From positions 11,987 through 75,986 of the forward strand of contig JBDIWC010000014.1 in the NCBI GenBank assembly GCA_039794085.1: DNA of 64,000 nucleotides, in the 5' to 3' direction. Each line of letters begins with the position of its first letter. The first letter of the stretch is position 1. Below the pieces are notes generated by a model. It worked only from the letters and a program-made list of their open reading frames with translations, was not told the origin of the DNA and did no database searches. Origin of the DNA: Gemmatimonadales bacterium. Lineage in GTDB: Bacteria > Gemmatimonadota > Gemmatimonadetes > Gemmatimonadales > GWC2-71-9. A program made the position numbers and the translations under genes. This document shows, piece by piece, positions 10,734-18,875 of this stretch.

Positions 10734-11101
10734 CAGGGCCGGCGAACCTCCCGCACGCTGAAGCCGGCCTGCTGCACCTCCCGCTTGAGCTGCGCATCGG
10801 TGAGGACCTGCCCGGTCTTCTCCCGAATCAGCACGAGCCCGTCACTGATCCGGACCAGGACGCTGTCCACCTCCGGGAGCCTGGTGAGCCGTTTCTCGAG
10901 GCCGGCGGCGCAGAACGGGCAGGTCATCCCGTCCAGGCGAAGGAGCACGGTGCTCCCGGCCAGCAACGAATCGGTTCCGGCGACCCTGGGCATCGGGTCG
11001 GTGGGGGCCGTGTGCTGCGCCGCCGCCCCCGGCGGGGCTGCTGCGAGGGCCAGGGCACCGAGGGTGCCCGCGCCGATCAGGGACTTGATGGGAAACCGCA
11101 T
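10733..11101 (-). CDS. Exported HMA-domain protein
   Basis: Signal peptide, DGMTCPFCAAGLEK; GGAGG SD. Confidence 0.85.
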   Translation of the reverse strand: MRFPIKSLIGAGTLGALALAAAPPGAAAQHTAPTDPMPRVAGTDSLLAGSTVLLRLDGMTCPFCAAGLEKRLTRLPEVDSVLVRISDGLVLIREKTGQVLTDAQLKREVQQAGFSVREVRRP

Positions 11102-11166
11102 GGTCCAACCTCCAGTCAGTCGGGGTCCGGGGGCATCCGGCCTGGTGCCGGAATCCCCTCGACAGG

Positions 11167-11197
11167 ATCATAACCTTGGAGTCAGCTACAGGGTCAA
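11167..11197 (-). promoter_or_regulatory. MerR-family (ZntR/CadR-like) promoter/operator
   Basis: TTGACC-19 nt-TATGAT with imperfect dyad ACCCTGTAG..CTCCAAGGT. Confidence 0.8.
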
Positions 11198-11299
11198 GGG
11201 GTCGGCCACGAGGCGAGTCTTATGCTCTCGACGACGCTGCTCCCGGGTGCCTTGGTCTCGCGTAACAGCGCCGCTGCTCGCGTTTTTCGGGTACGGCGC

Positions 11300-11890
11300 T
11301 TCGAGGCGCGCCGGCTTCGGACGGAGCAGGCCTACATCCAGTGAATCCGGCGATTCATCGGGTTTCACGGGCGGCGGCATCCGCGCGAGCTGGGCGTCAC
11401 CGAGATCCAGGCGTTTCTGGTGCACCTGGCGGTGGAGCGGCGGCTGGCGGCCGCCACGGTGGCTCAGGCGCGGGCGGCGGTGACCTTCCTCTACCGGTGG
11501 GTGCTCGATGATCCGATGCCGGAGCTGAGCGGGGTACAGGCGCAGCATCTGGCGGATCTGACGGCGGGAGCGGGCCGAGTGGCGCTGCCCGGGGCGCTGG
11601 GGCGGAAGTATCCATGCGCGGCGGCATCATCTGCACCCGTCGGTGGTGCAGCGGGCGGTGGCGCGGGTAGTCCGGGAAGCGAAGCTGCCCAAGCGGGCGG
11701 GTTGCCATACCTTGCGCCACAGCTTCGCGACTCACCTCCTGGAGAGGGGGGCGGGGCGGACATCCGGGCGGTGCAGGAGCTGTTGGGTCACCGGGATGTC
11801 TCGACGACGGTGCTGTGTACCCATGTGCTGAACCGGGGCGGGCTCGGGGTGCGGAGTCCGGCGGACCTCCTGGATCCGGAGGGTCCTGCA
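11300..11890 (+). pseudogene. intI: Integron integrase remnant, copy 1
   Basis: [87 protein letters not shown]; nonsense codon, frameshifts, internal deletions. Confidence 0.92.
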
Positions 11891-11893
11891 GCC

Positions 11894-11970
11894 TTTACAG
11901 GATTAGGTTGCGGGCGGTACACTCTTTCGGGATTGGGCGGGGTGGGGAGAGACAGATACACAAGTTGGGC
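11894..11970 (+). other. Putative Pc promoter and attI site, copy 1
   Basis: TTTACA-18-TACACT; similarity to copy 2 ends at CACAA-GTT (GTTGGGC 11964-11970). Confidence 0.6.
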
Positions 11971-12130
11971 CGCAAGACCGACCTTGGCTTGCCGGGACCT
12001 CCCTGAGGCATCCTGGATCGGGGTTGCGCTCGTATGGTTTGGGAAGCTGCCCCTCGGCGCGTGGGTGCCAAGGTTCTGGGGGGGACGAGTGGGGTTGCCC
12101 CAGGTCGATCTGCGTGCGAGGTTTCGTCGG

Positions 12131-12367
12131 ATGCCGACCGTTCTCCGGATCGGGCCGTATCGGTTCTTCTTCTTCTCGGGTGATCGCGGTGGACCCGCGC
12201 ACGTTCACGTGGCCCGAGGCGCCGATGAGGCGAAGTTCTGGCTCTCTCCTGTCCGGCTGCACACGAATGGCGGCTTTCGGAGCGTTGAGCTTCGCCGAGT
12301 GACAATTCTGGTCGAGGCGAACGAAGACAAGCTGCTGGAGGGATGGAATGGCTACTTCGGCAAGTGA
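12131..12367 (+). CDS. DUF4160 protein (putative TA component), integron cassette
   Basis: [28 protein letters not shown]. Confidence 0.88.
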   Translation: MPTVLRIGPYRFFFFSGDRGGPAHVHVARGADEAKFWLSPVRLHTNGGFRSVELRRVTILVEANEDKLLEGWNGYFGK

Positions 12368-12674
12368 TACCCGGCAGGCTGCCCTCGCGCAGTCCGTTTC
12401 CGTTACCGAGGACGAGCTGGTCATGGTCCTTCTCGATGGTCGCACCCTGGCGATTCCACTCGCGTGGTACCCGCGTCTCTTACACGGCACGCCGACTGAA
12501 CGAGCCACTTGGCAGCTGATCGGGCGTGGCGTCGGAATCCACTGGCCGGATCTGGACGAGGATATCGCCGTCGCGCACGCTCTCGAGGGCGTACCCTCCG
12601 GCGAAAGCGCCGCATCGCTGCGACGCTGGCTGGAGTCACGGCGAGATGCTGCCCAACAAGGCAATGCAGGCTAA
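12348..12674 (+). CDS. DUF2442 protein (putative TA partner), integron cassette
   Basis: [28 protein letters not shown]; stop lies inside attC. Confidence 0.88.
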   Translation: MATSASDTRQAALAQSVSVTEDELVMVLLDGRTLAIPLAWYPRLLHGTPTERATWQLIGRGVGIHWPDLDEDIAVAHALEGVPSGESAASLRRWLESRRDAAQQGNAG

Positions 12675-12734
12675 CGCGGCCCTCCCTCGCTGTGCTCGGT
12701 CGGGTCCTCGCAGCTGATTGCCGAGCCGTTGGGC
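12651..12734 (+). other. attC site (84 bp)
   Basis: GCCCAAC...GTTGGGC boxes with inner imperfect palindrome GGCAATGCAG/CTGATTGCC. Confidence 0.85.
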
Positions 12735-12754
12735 CGTCTGAGGAGAAGCCGCGA

Positions 12755-13840
12755 ATGACGCAGATGACACCCACTCCATTTCCTATCTCTGCTTTGCTGT
12801 TGTCGATGCTGTCGGGTTGCGGCGGAGGCTCCGACAACACGGGTCCGCCGGCGGTTCCATTCAATGTCGTGGTCTCGATGAACGCCACTCTTTCGGCCAA
12901 CGACACACCATCGGACTACACGACGGAGTACCAGGCGATCTACGCCGCCGGCGCTCGCGGTGCGCAGACCGCCGCTCCCTGGAGCAGCCTGAATCCGACC
13001 GGCACCAACTACGATCTGACGATGATCGACAATCCTCTGTTCGGCTTGAACGCTCTGGCCGGATATGGTTTCAGTTCCATCCTGGTCAATCTGCCCGCTG
13101 TGGCGATCACATCGAGAACCATGCCGGCGGACATCGCCGCGCTACCCTTCAATGATGCCATGGTCACAACGCGCTACCGGGCGCTGATCGACCAGGTGAC
13201 TCCCCATTTAAACGCCAGCGTGCAATACGTTTCACTCGGCAATGAAGTCGACACCTACTTGTCCACACACCCGACGGAATGGGCGCAGTACAAGGAACTG
13301 ATCGAAGACGCGCGAACGTATATTCGTTCGTTGAAACCGAACATCAAGGTCGGTGTCACCACGACTTTCGACGGCGCCACGTCCACCCACATCGCCAACG
13401 TGGCCAGCCTGAACGCGAACATGGACGTCGTCATCCTAACCTACTATCCGATCAATTCCAGGACCTTTGTTCCACGCCATCCCTCGACGGTAGACGCGGA
13501 CATGGCCGCCATGATCAACATCGCCGGCGGTAAGCCGCTCGTGGTCCAGGAGTGGGGCTACCCATCGAGCGCCAGCCTCTCCAGCTCGCGGCAGATGCAG
13601 GCCGATTTCATCGCCAACACCTTTTCCTCCTGGAAGCAGCACGGGTCCGGCCGCATTCCCTTCATCAGTTTCTTCAAGCGACGCGAGTGGAATGCCGCTC
13701 ACTGCGAGACTTTGTCCGGCCAGACGGCCGGGCAAAGGTTCTACGAATTCCTCTGCTCGCTCGGGCTGTTGAACAATGATGGGACGCAGAAGACAGCCTA
13801 CCCGATCCTGATCACGGGGATGTCGACCATCGGACAGTAG
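12755..13840 (+). CDS. Lipoprotein with clan GH-A-like glycoside hydrolase domain, integron cassette
   Basis: Lipobox MLSGC; LGNEVD and VVQEWGYPS glutamate motifs; AGGAG SD just after attC; lower GC than host genes. Confidence 0.7.
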   Translation: MTQMTPTPFPISALLLSMLSGCGGGSDNTGPPAVPFNVVVSMNATLSANDTPSDYTTEYQAIYAAGARGAQTAAPWSSLNPTGTNYDLTMIDNPLFGLNALAGYGFSSILVNLPAVAITSRTMPADIAALPFNDAMVTTRYRALIDQVTPHLNASVQYVSLGNEVDTYLSTHPTEWAQYKELIEDARTYIRSLKPNIKVGVTTTFDGATSTHIANVASLNANMDVVILTYYPINSRTFVPRHPSTVDADMAAMINIAGGKPLVVQEWGYPSSASLSSSRQMQADFIANTFSSWKQHGSGRIPFISFFKRREWNAAHCETLSGQTAGQRFYEFLCSLGLLNNDGTQKTAYPILITGMSTIGQ

Positions 13841-13904
13841 AGCTGTGGACGGGATTTGGTGTCAGGCCTTGCAGTGACACATGCTGGGCCAGCAAGGCGC
13901 TGAA

Positions 13905-14310
13905 CACGGGCGGCATCCGCGCGCACTGGGCGTCACCGATGTCCAGGCGTTTCTGGTGCACCTGCCGGTGGAGCGGCGGCTGGCGGCCGCCACGGTGCCC
14001 ACGCGGCATTACCGGGACCGGGAAACGGGGGAGCGGCGCCGGCCTCATCTGCACCCGTCGGTGGTGCAGCGGGCGGTGACGCGGGCAGTGCGGGAAGCGA
14101 AGCTGCCCACGCGGGCGGGTTGCCATACCCTGCGCCACAGCTTCGCGACTCACCTCCTGGAGAGGGGGGCCGGGCGGACATCCGGACGGTGCAGCACCTG
14201 TTGGTCACCGGGATGTCTCGACGACCATGCTCTACACCCATGTGCTGAACCGGGGCGGGCTGGGGGTGCGGAGTCCCGCGGACCTCCTGGATCCGGAGGG
14301 TCCTGCAGCC
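13905..14310 (+). pseudogene. intI: Integron integrase remnant, copy 2
   Basis: HGRHPRALG..FLVHL..AAATV joined to [51 protein letters not shown]; deletion differs from copy 1. Confidence 0.9.
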
Positions 14311-14386
14311 TCTACAGACTAGGTTGCGGGCGGCACACTCTTTCGGGATTGGGCGGGGCGGGGAGAGAGAGAGACACAAGTTATGC
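14311..14386 (+). other. Putative attI site, copy 2
   Basis: Near-copy of 11894-11966 ending CACAA-GTTATGC; GTTATGC is complementary to GCATAAC of the next attC. Confidence 0.6.
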
Positions 14387-14435
14387 CCGCCAACGACCCT
14401 TGCTGTGAACCGAGGCTGGGCAAGGCCACCATCGG

Positions 14436-14464
14436 TTGCCATCTGCCACGTTCCACGTTACACT
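14436..14464 (+). promoter_or_regulatory. Sigma70-type promoter of higBA cassette
   Basis: TTGCCA-17-TACACT, 5 nt before ATG. Confidence 0.7.
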
Positions 14465-14469
14465 TCTGA

Positions 14470-14736
14470 ATGGCGATCGTTGGATTCAGTCACAAAGGCC
14501 TGGAACGCTTCTTCACTCGAGGGACTACCGCGGGAATCCAGAGCAAACACGCCAAACGACTTCGGCTGATTCTCGGGCGGCTCAGCGTGGCGAAGGAGCC
14601 TCGGGACATGGGACTTCCCGGCCTGAATCTCCACCGCCTCAAGGGTGATCGCCAAGGCACGTGGTCCGTACAGGTTAGCGGCAACTGGCGGGTGACCTTT
14701 CAATTCGTTGGGCCGGATGTCACGGACGTGAACTAG
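14470..14736 (+). CDS. higB: HigB/RelE-family toxin
   Basis: [36 protein letters not shown]. Confidence 0.92.
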   Translation: MAIVGFSHKGLERFFTRGTTAGIQSKHAKRLRLILGRLSVAKEPRDMGLPGLNLHRLKGDRQGTWSVQVSGNWRVTFQFVGPDVTDVN

Positions 14737-14750
14737 GAGGACTATCACTG

Positions 14751-15047
14751 ATGAAGACTGTACGCATGGAGAACCCGCCGCACCCGGGAGAGGTCCTGCG
14801 TGAGCTCTGCTTGGTGCCCTTGAATCTCAGCGTCACCGATGCGGCCGCGTCCTTGGACGTCAGCCGGAACACGTTGTCCGCCATCCTCAACGGACGGGCT
14901 GGCATCAGCCCTGAGATGGCTGTTCGACTGTCGATCGCGTTCGACACGACTTCCGAGAGCTGGCTGCAACAACAGATGCAGTACGATCTCTGGCATGCCG
15001 AACAATCACGGAAGCGATTGCGAGTCCGGAGACTCGCGGTCGCGTAA
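14751..15047 (+). CDS. higA: HigA antitoxin
   Basis: [34 protein letters not shown]. Confidence 0.93.
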   Translation: MKTVRMENPPHPGEVLRELCLVPLNLSVTDAAASLDVSRNTLSAILNGRAGISPEMAVRLSIAFDTTSESWLQQQMQYDLWHAEQSRKRLRVRRLAVA

Positions 15048-15069
15048 GGCCATCTCCTCAGTGCCGGTG

Positions 15070-15146
15070 GCATAACAGGGCGTTGCTGGCCGGCGTGACC
15101 CTCGCTTGCGCTCGGGGCCACGCGGCAGAACGCCGAGCCGTTAGGC
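15070..15146 (+). other. attC site (77 bp)
   Basis: GCATAAC...GTTAGGC boxes, inner GGCGTTGCTG/CAGAACGCC palindrome. Confidence 0.85.
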
Positions 15147-15314
15147 CGCAAATGCGAATCACGGAAGCAGCACTGCTCCATAGCCGTGTGATAGCGACGT
15201 TGTTCGGGATCGGCCGGGCCATCCCGAATGAGATCTCGCCTGCCGAAGCCAGTAGTTTGCGCCCCGGCAGCTAAGTCCTTGCCGCCGAGGGGTTTCGCAT
15301 CCATCTTTGTGGTC

Positions 15315-15370
15315 ATGAAGGTCCGGGACGTTCTCCGACTGCTTGCCGATGATGACCTGCTCTTGATTCA
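15315..15370 (+). pseudogene. HicA-like toxin 5' remnant
   Basis: MKVRDVLRLLADDD resembles HicA N-termini; breaks off at the operator. Confidence 0.45.
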
Positions 15371-15401
15371 ACGAGAACCCTGGAGTACACTCCAAAATCA
15401 A
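15371..15401 (-). promoter_or_regulatory. ZntR-like operator/promoter divergent from the regulator
   Basis: TTGATT-19 nt-TCTCGT with TGGAGT-N2-ACTCCA dyad; weak -10. Confidence 0.65.
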
Positions 15402-15424
15402 GGGACCTTTTTCGGAGCGCACTC

Positions 15425-15817
15425 ATGCGCATCGGAATCCTGGCGGGGGAGGCGGGGGTCACCCCCGACACCATCCGCTACTACGAACGGATCGGGCTTC
15501 TGGCTCCCCCCGAACGGGGTCGGAATCGCTACCGGCACTACGACCACTCCACCCTCGACGACCTCCACTTCATCCGGAAGTCCCAAACGCTTGGTCTCAC
15601 GCTCCATGACATCATGGGGATCCTGGAGATTGCCCGGGGTGGCCGACCGCCCTGCCAGCATGTCCGGTCCCTGGTGGCCGACCGGCTCGGTGAGGTCGAG
15701 CAGAAGCTCTCGGACCTGCGCGCCATGCGGACGACCCTGCGCGGAATCCTCGATCGGCTGGAACGGGTGCCGTCCTCCCCCGAGGGGTGCCGGTGTGCGG
15801 TCATCGAATCGGCCTGA
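15425..15817 (+). CDS. Heavy-metal-responsive MerR-family regulator (ZntR/CadR/CueR group)
   Basis: TIRYYERIGLL HTH, PPCQHV, C-terminal GCRCAVIE. Confidence 0.9.
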   Translation: MRIGILAGEAGVTPDTIRYYERIGLLAPPERGRNRYRHYDHSTLDDLHFIRKSQTLGLTLHDIMGILEIARGGRPPCQHVRSLVADRLGEVEQKLSDLRAMRTTLRGILDRLERVPSSPEGCRCAVIESA

Positions 15818-15912
15818 CGTGAAGCGACCGGTTTCCAGTTGACAGGCGTCGCGAGCGCCGGTTTACTTCCTGTCCATAAAGTCGTCGCAGGTTCCTGTTG
15901 GCCGAGGGGTTT

Positions 15913-16245
15913 ATGCAGCGGTCCCGACTCAGCATCCTGACCAGCCTCGTGCTCATCGCCGCCGTGGCCCTGCCCTACTACGCCCCTCTGACCTGCAGAC
16001 TGCTGGACCGGATGGAGATGCCGATGGACTGTGACGCCCACGGCACGATGTCGATGGTCGGTCCGACGTCCGGCGGAATGGATGTGTGTCAGATCCCCGC
16101 GTGTGGCCTCGCCCACGTCGCGCCCCTGTCCGGCACCACGGCAAGTTCCGTCGTCCCCGAACCCCTGGTCTCTCCCCTTCCGGCCCCGCCGTCCCTCTTC
16201 CAGTCCATCGACCTCGCCCCTCCCGCTCCACCTCCCCAAGCCTGA
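15913..16245 (+). CDS. Small exported Cys/Met-rich protein with Pro-rich C-terminus (CutF/DUF2946-like)
   Basis: Signal-like N-terminus, CQIPAC, ends APPAPPPQA, directly upstream of the TolC gene. Confidence 0.6.
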   Translation: MQRSRLSILTSLVLIAAVALPYYAPLTCRLLDRMEMPMDCDAHGTMSMVGPTSGGMDVCQIPACGLAHVAPLSGTTASSVVPEPLVSPLPAPPSLFQSIDLAPPAPPPQA

Positions 16246-16344
16246 GTCCGCTCTCCGCTGTATGACATAGTGACCCACGCCCGTTGGGGGGCGGGGTCCG
16301 TCTTCCCTTCAGCTTCCCGGCCGATTCCCGGGAGGAGAGGTGAC

Positions 16345-17676
16345 GTGGCAAATATCCTCAGGCCTCGTGTGGCTCCCCCCCTGCACCCGAGGGTCGCGGG
16401 CGGCGGCGCACTGCTCATCGGTCTACTGCTCGCGACTCCCGCCGTGGGACAGACCGGTGTTCCGACCTTCGCCCTCCCCACCGATTCGGCCGGGCGGGCT
16501 TTTGTCCACGACGTCCTGCGCCGCAACGCCGGGTTGTCGGGGGAGTGGAGCAGCGTGGCCGCCGCGGGAAGGCGGATCCGCCCGGCAGGTGCCCTGCCCG
16601 ACCCGGTGCTCCGCGGCGGGGTCCTCTCGCTCCCGAACCCCTCCTTCGACTTTGCAGCCGAAGCGATGACCCAGGTTCCGGTCGGAATCGAACAGCGAAT
16701 TCCCGGATTCGGCAAGCGGGGCGCGCGCACCCAGGTGGCGATCGCCGACAGCACCCATCGGTCGGCCGGAGCCCTGGCGCTGGCGGGTGTTTTGGCCGCG
16801 GAGGCCGCCTCCCGGTTTGTCCAGTTGGCCGAGCGGAGACAGGCCCTCCGGATCCACGACGCCCGGATCGCCCTGGCCCAGGCGGCGGTGACGTCCACCC
16901 AGAGTCGGTACGCCGCGGGCAGCGCGCCCCAGACCGATCCGATCCGGGCGCGGGTCCGTCGGGTTCAGCTGGAAGAGGAAAGGGATGCGCTGGTGGCCGA
17001 GGTGGCGGGAGCCCTGGCGTCGGCCAATGCCCTCCGGGGCACCGGGGACACCCTCGCCACGCCGGCGCGGGTCACCGGCGCGTCGGAAGCGTCCTCCTCC
17101 TGGGAAATACCCGCCGTTGACCTGATTCGCACTCTTCTGACGGAGGGCAACCCGGAGATCAGGACCTCCCGCGCCGACGTGGAGCGGACGGAACGGATCT
17201 CCACCGTGTACCGCCTCGACGCCCGACCCGATTTCACCGTTTCGGTGCAGGAGGGGATCCGGTTCGGCGGTCGGGAGCCGATGCTCACTGCGCTGGTGGG
17301 AGTCTCGATTCCCTTCTGGCAGGGACGGAAGCAGGGCCCCCTGGCCGACGCCGCGGATCTGGAGGTGATCGCGGCACAGGAGCGCCAACGCGACCTCGAA
17401 GCCCGGATCGAGCGGGAGGCACGCGCCCTGGTCGCGCGTCTCGAGGCGCTTCAGCGGCGCATCCGGCGGGTGGAGGAGGAGCTGCTCCCTCTGGCGCGGG
17501 CGGCGAGCATCTCCGCCCTGCAGCAGTACCGGATCGGCGGCACGGACATCACGGCGGTTCTTGCGGCTCAGGACGACGCCTGGCGGGCCGAGTTGCAGCT
17601 CAATACCCTGGTGGCGGACTACTTCGCGGGGCGGGCCCGCCTCGCGTATCTGCTCGGAGAGGAGTGGTACCAATGA
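16345..17676 (+). CDS. TolC-family outer-membrane factor (CusC-like)
   Basis: ALPDPVL, EQRIPGFGKR, RPDF, GVSIPFW motifs; GTG after GGAGG. Confidence 0.88.
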   Translation: MANILRPRVAPPLHPRVAGGGALLIGLLLATPAVGQTGVPTFALPTDSAGRAFVHDVLRRNAGLSGEWSSVAAAGRRIRPAGALPDPVLRGGVLSLPNPSFDFAAEAMTQVPVGIEQRIPGFGKRGARTQVAIADSTHRSAGALALAGVLAAEAASRFVQLAERRQALRIHDARIALAQAAVTSTQSRYAAGSAPQTDPIRARVRRVQLEEERDALVAEVAGALASANALRGTGDTLATPARVTGASEASSSWEIPAVDLIRTLLTEGNPEIRTSRADVERTERISTVYRLDARPDFTVSVQEGIRFGGREPMLTALVGVSIPFWQGRKQGPLADAADLEVIAAQERQRDLEARIEREARALVARLEALQRRIRRVEEELLPLARAASISALQQYRIGGTDITAVLAAQDDAWRAELQLNTLVADYFAGRARLAYLLGEEWYQ

Positions 17677-18875
17677 ATACGCAAATCCTTCGGGCCGGAT
17701 TGTTCGGCCTCGCGATACTCGCCGCATGTGGCGGCCAAGGCCCGGAATCGGCGACCCCTTCCACACAGGCCGAGGGCATGGAAGGGATGCCGGGGATGGA
17801 GGGGATGCCGGGAATGGAGGGCATGCCGGGGATGGCCGGCGCGGGAGACAGCGTGCTCCGGATCACCCCGGCCGCGGCAGCGCGATCCGGACTCCTGTAT
17901 GCCGTGGCCCGGGAGGGTCCTGCGGTAACCACGGTGCGGGCGTCGGCCCAGGTGGTGCCCAATGAGCGCGGGCTGACGGAAGTGAATGCCCGGATGCCCG
18001 GCTGGGTTGAGCGGCTGTGGGTCAACGAGACCGGGCGCTTCGTGCGGCGGGGGGATTCCCTCCTCGCCCTCTATGCCCCGGCGCTGCTCGCGGCCCAGGA
18101 GGAGTTGCTCCTGGCCCGAACCCTGGCGGCCACGCCCGACGGGGCCACCCTGGTGGCCGACGCGCGGCGACGATTGGAACTGTGGAACGTGTCGCCGGAG
18201 GAGATCGCGGCCATCGAGCGGGAGGGAGTGCCCCGCCGGCGGGTGACTGTGTTGGCGCCCCACGCGGGACATGTGATCGCCAAGCGGGTGGTGGAAGGGG
18301 AGATGGTGGAGGCGGGAGAGCCGCTGTTCCGCCTGGCGGATCTCTCGACCGTCTGGATCGAACCGGCGATCTACGAGCAGGATCTCGCCGCCATCCGGGT
18401 CGGCCAGGAGGCCACCGTGGAGGTACAGGCCTATCCCGGTCTGGCCCTCACCGGCCGGGTGAGTTTCATCCAGCCCACCCTCGACTCGATCACGCGAACC
18501 GTCCGGGTGCGGGTGGAAGTCCCCAATCCGGATCATCGGCTCAAGCCGGCCATGTTCGCCACGGTCTCCTTCCGGGTGGAGGGTCCCCGGGGGGTGCTCG
18601 TGCCGCTCGCCGCCGTTCTCCCCACGGGCACGCGGAACCTGGCGTTCGTGGTGCGCGATGGCGGCCTCCGGCCGGTGGAGGTCCGCGTCGGTCTCCGCGG
18701 CGACACGGAGGTGCTCGTCACCCACGGACTGGCCCCGGGTGACACCGTGGTGGCGCGGGCCACCTTCCTGCTCGACTCCGAGTCCAGTCTCGCGGCCGCG
18801 ATGCGGGGGATCATGCTGAACATGGGGATGGGCCTCGACATGGGAGGGATGCAGATGGAGGGCAAGACCCCATGA
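17673..18875 (+). CDS. cusB: RND periplasmic adaptor, CusB-like lipoprotein
   Basis: Lipobox LAAC, GMEGMP repeats, LFRLADLSTVW, LKPAMF, FLLDSES. Confidence 0.9.
   Translation: MNTQILRAGLFGLAILAACGGQGPESATPSTQAEGMEGMPGMEGMPGMEGMPGMAGAGDSVLRITPAAAARSGLLYAVAREGPAVTTVRASAQVVPNERGLTEVNARMPGWVERLWVNETGRFVRRGDSLLALYAPALLAAQEELLLARTLAATPDGATLVADARRRLELWNVSPEEIAAIEREGVPRRRVTVLAPHAGHVIAKRVVEGEMVEAGEPLFRLADLSTVWIEPAIYEQDLAAIRVGQEATVEVQAYPGLALTGRVSFIQPTLDSITRTVRVRVEVPNPDHRLKPAMFATVSFRVEGPRGVLVPLAAVLPTGTRNLAFVVRDGGLRPVEVRVGLRGDTEVLVTHGLAPGDTVVARATFLLDSESSLAAAMRGIMLNMGMGLDMGGMQMEGKTP

Noticed and set aside
11420..12367. 315-aa integrase-DUF4160 fusion ORF
   Set aside because: Chance read-through across a frameshifted intI remnant and the attI tail; DUF4160 has its own start at 12131
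15152..15274. 40-aa ORF after the second attC as an intact cassette
   Set aside because: No SD, no recognisable motif and no following attC; probably a truncated cassette
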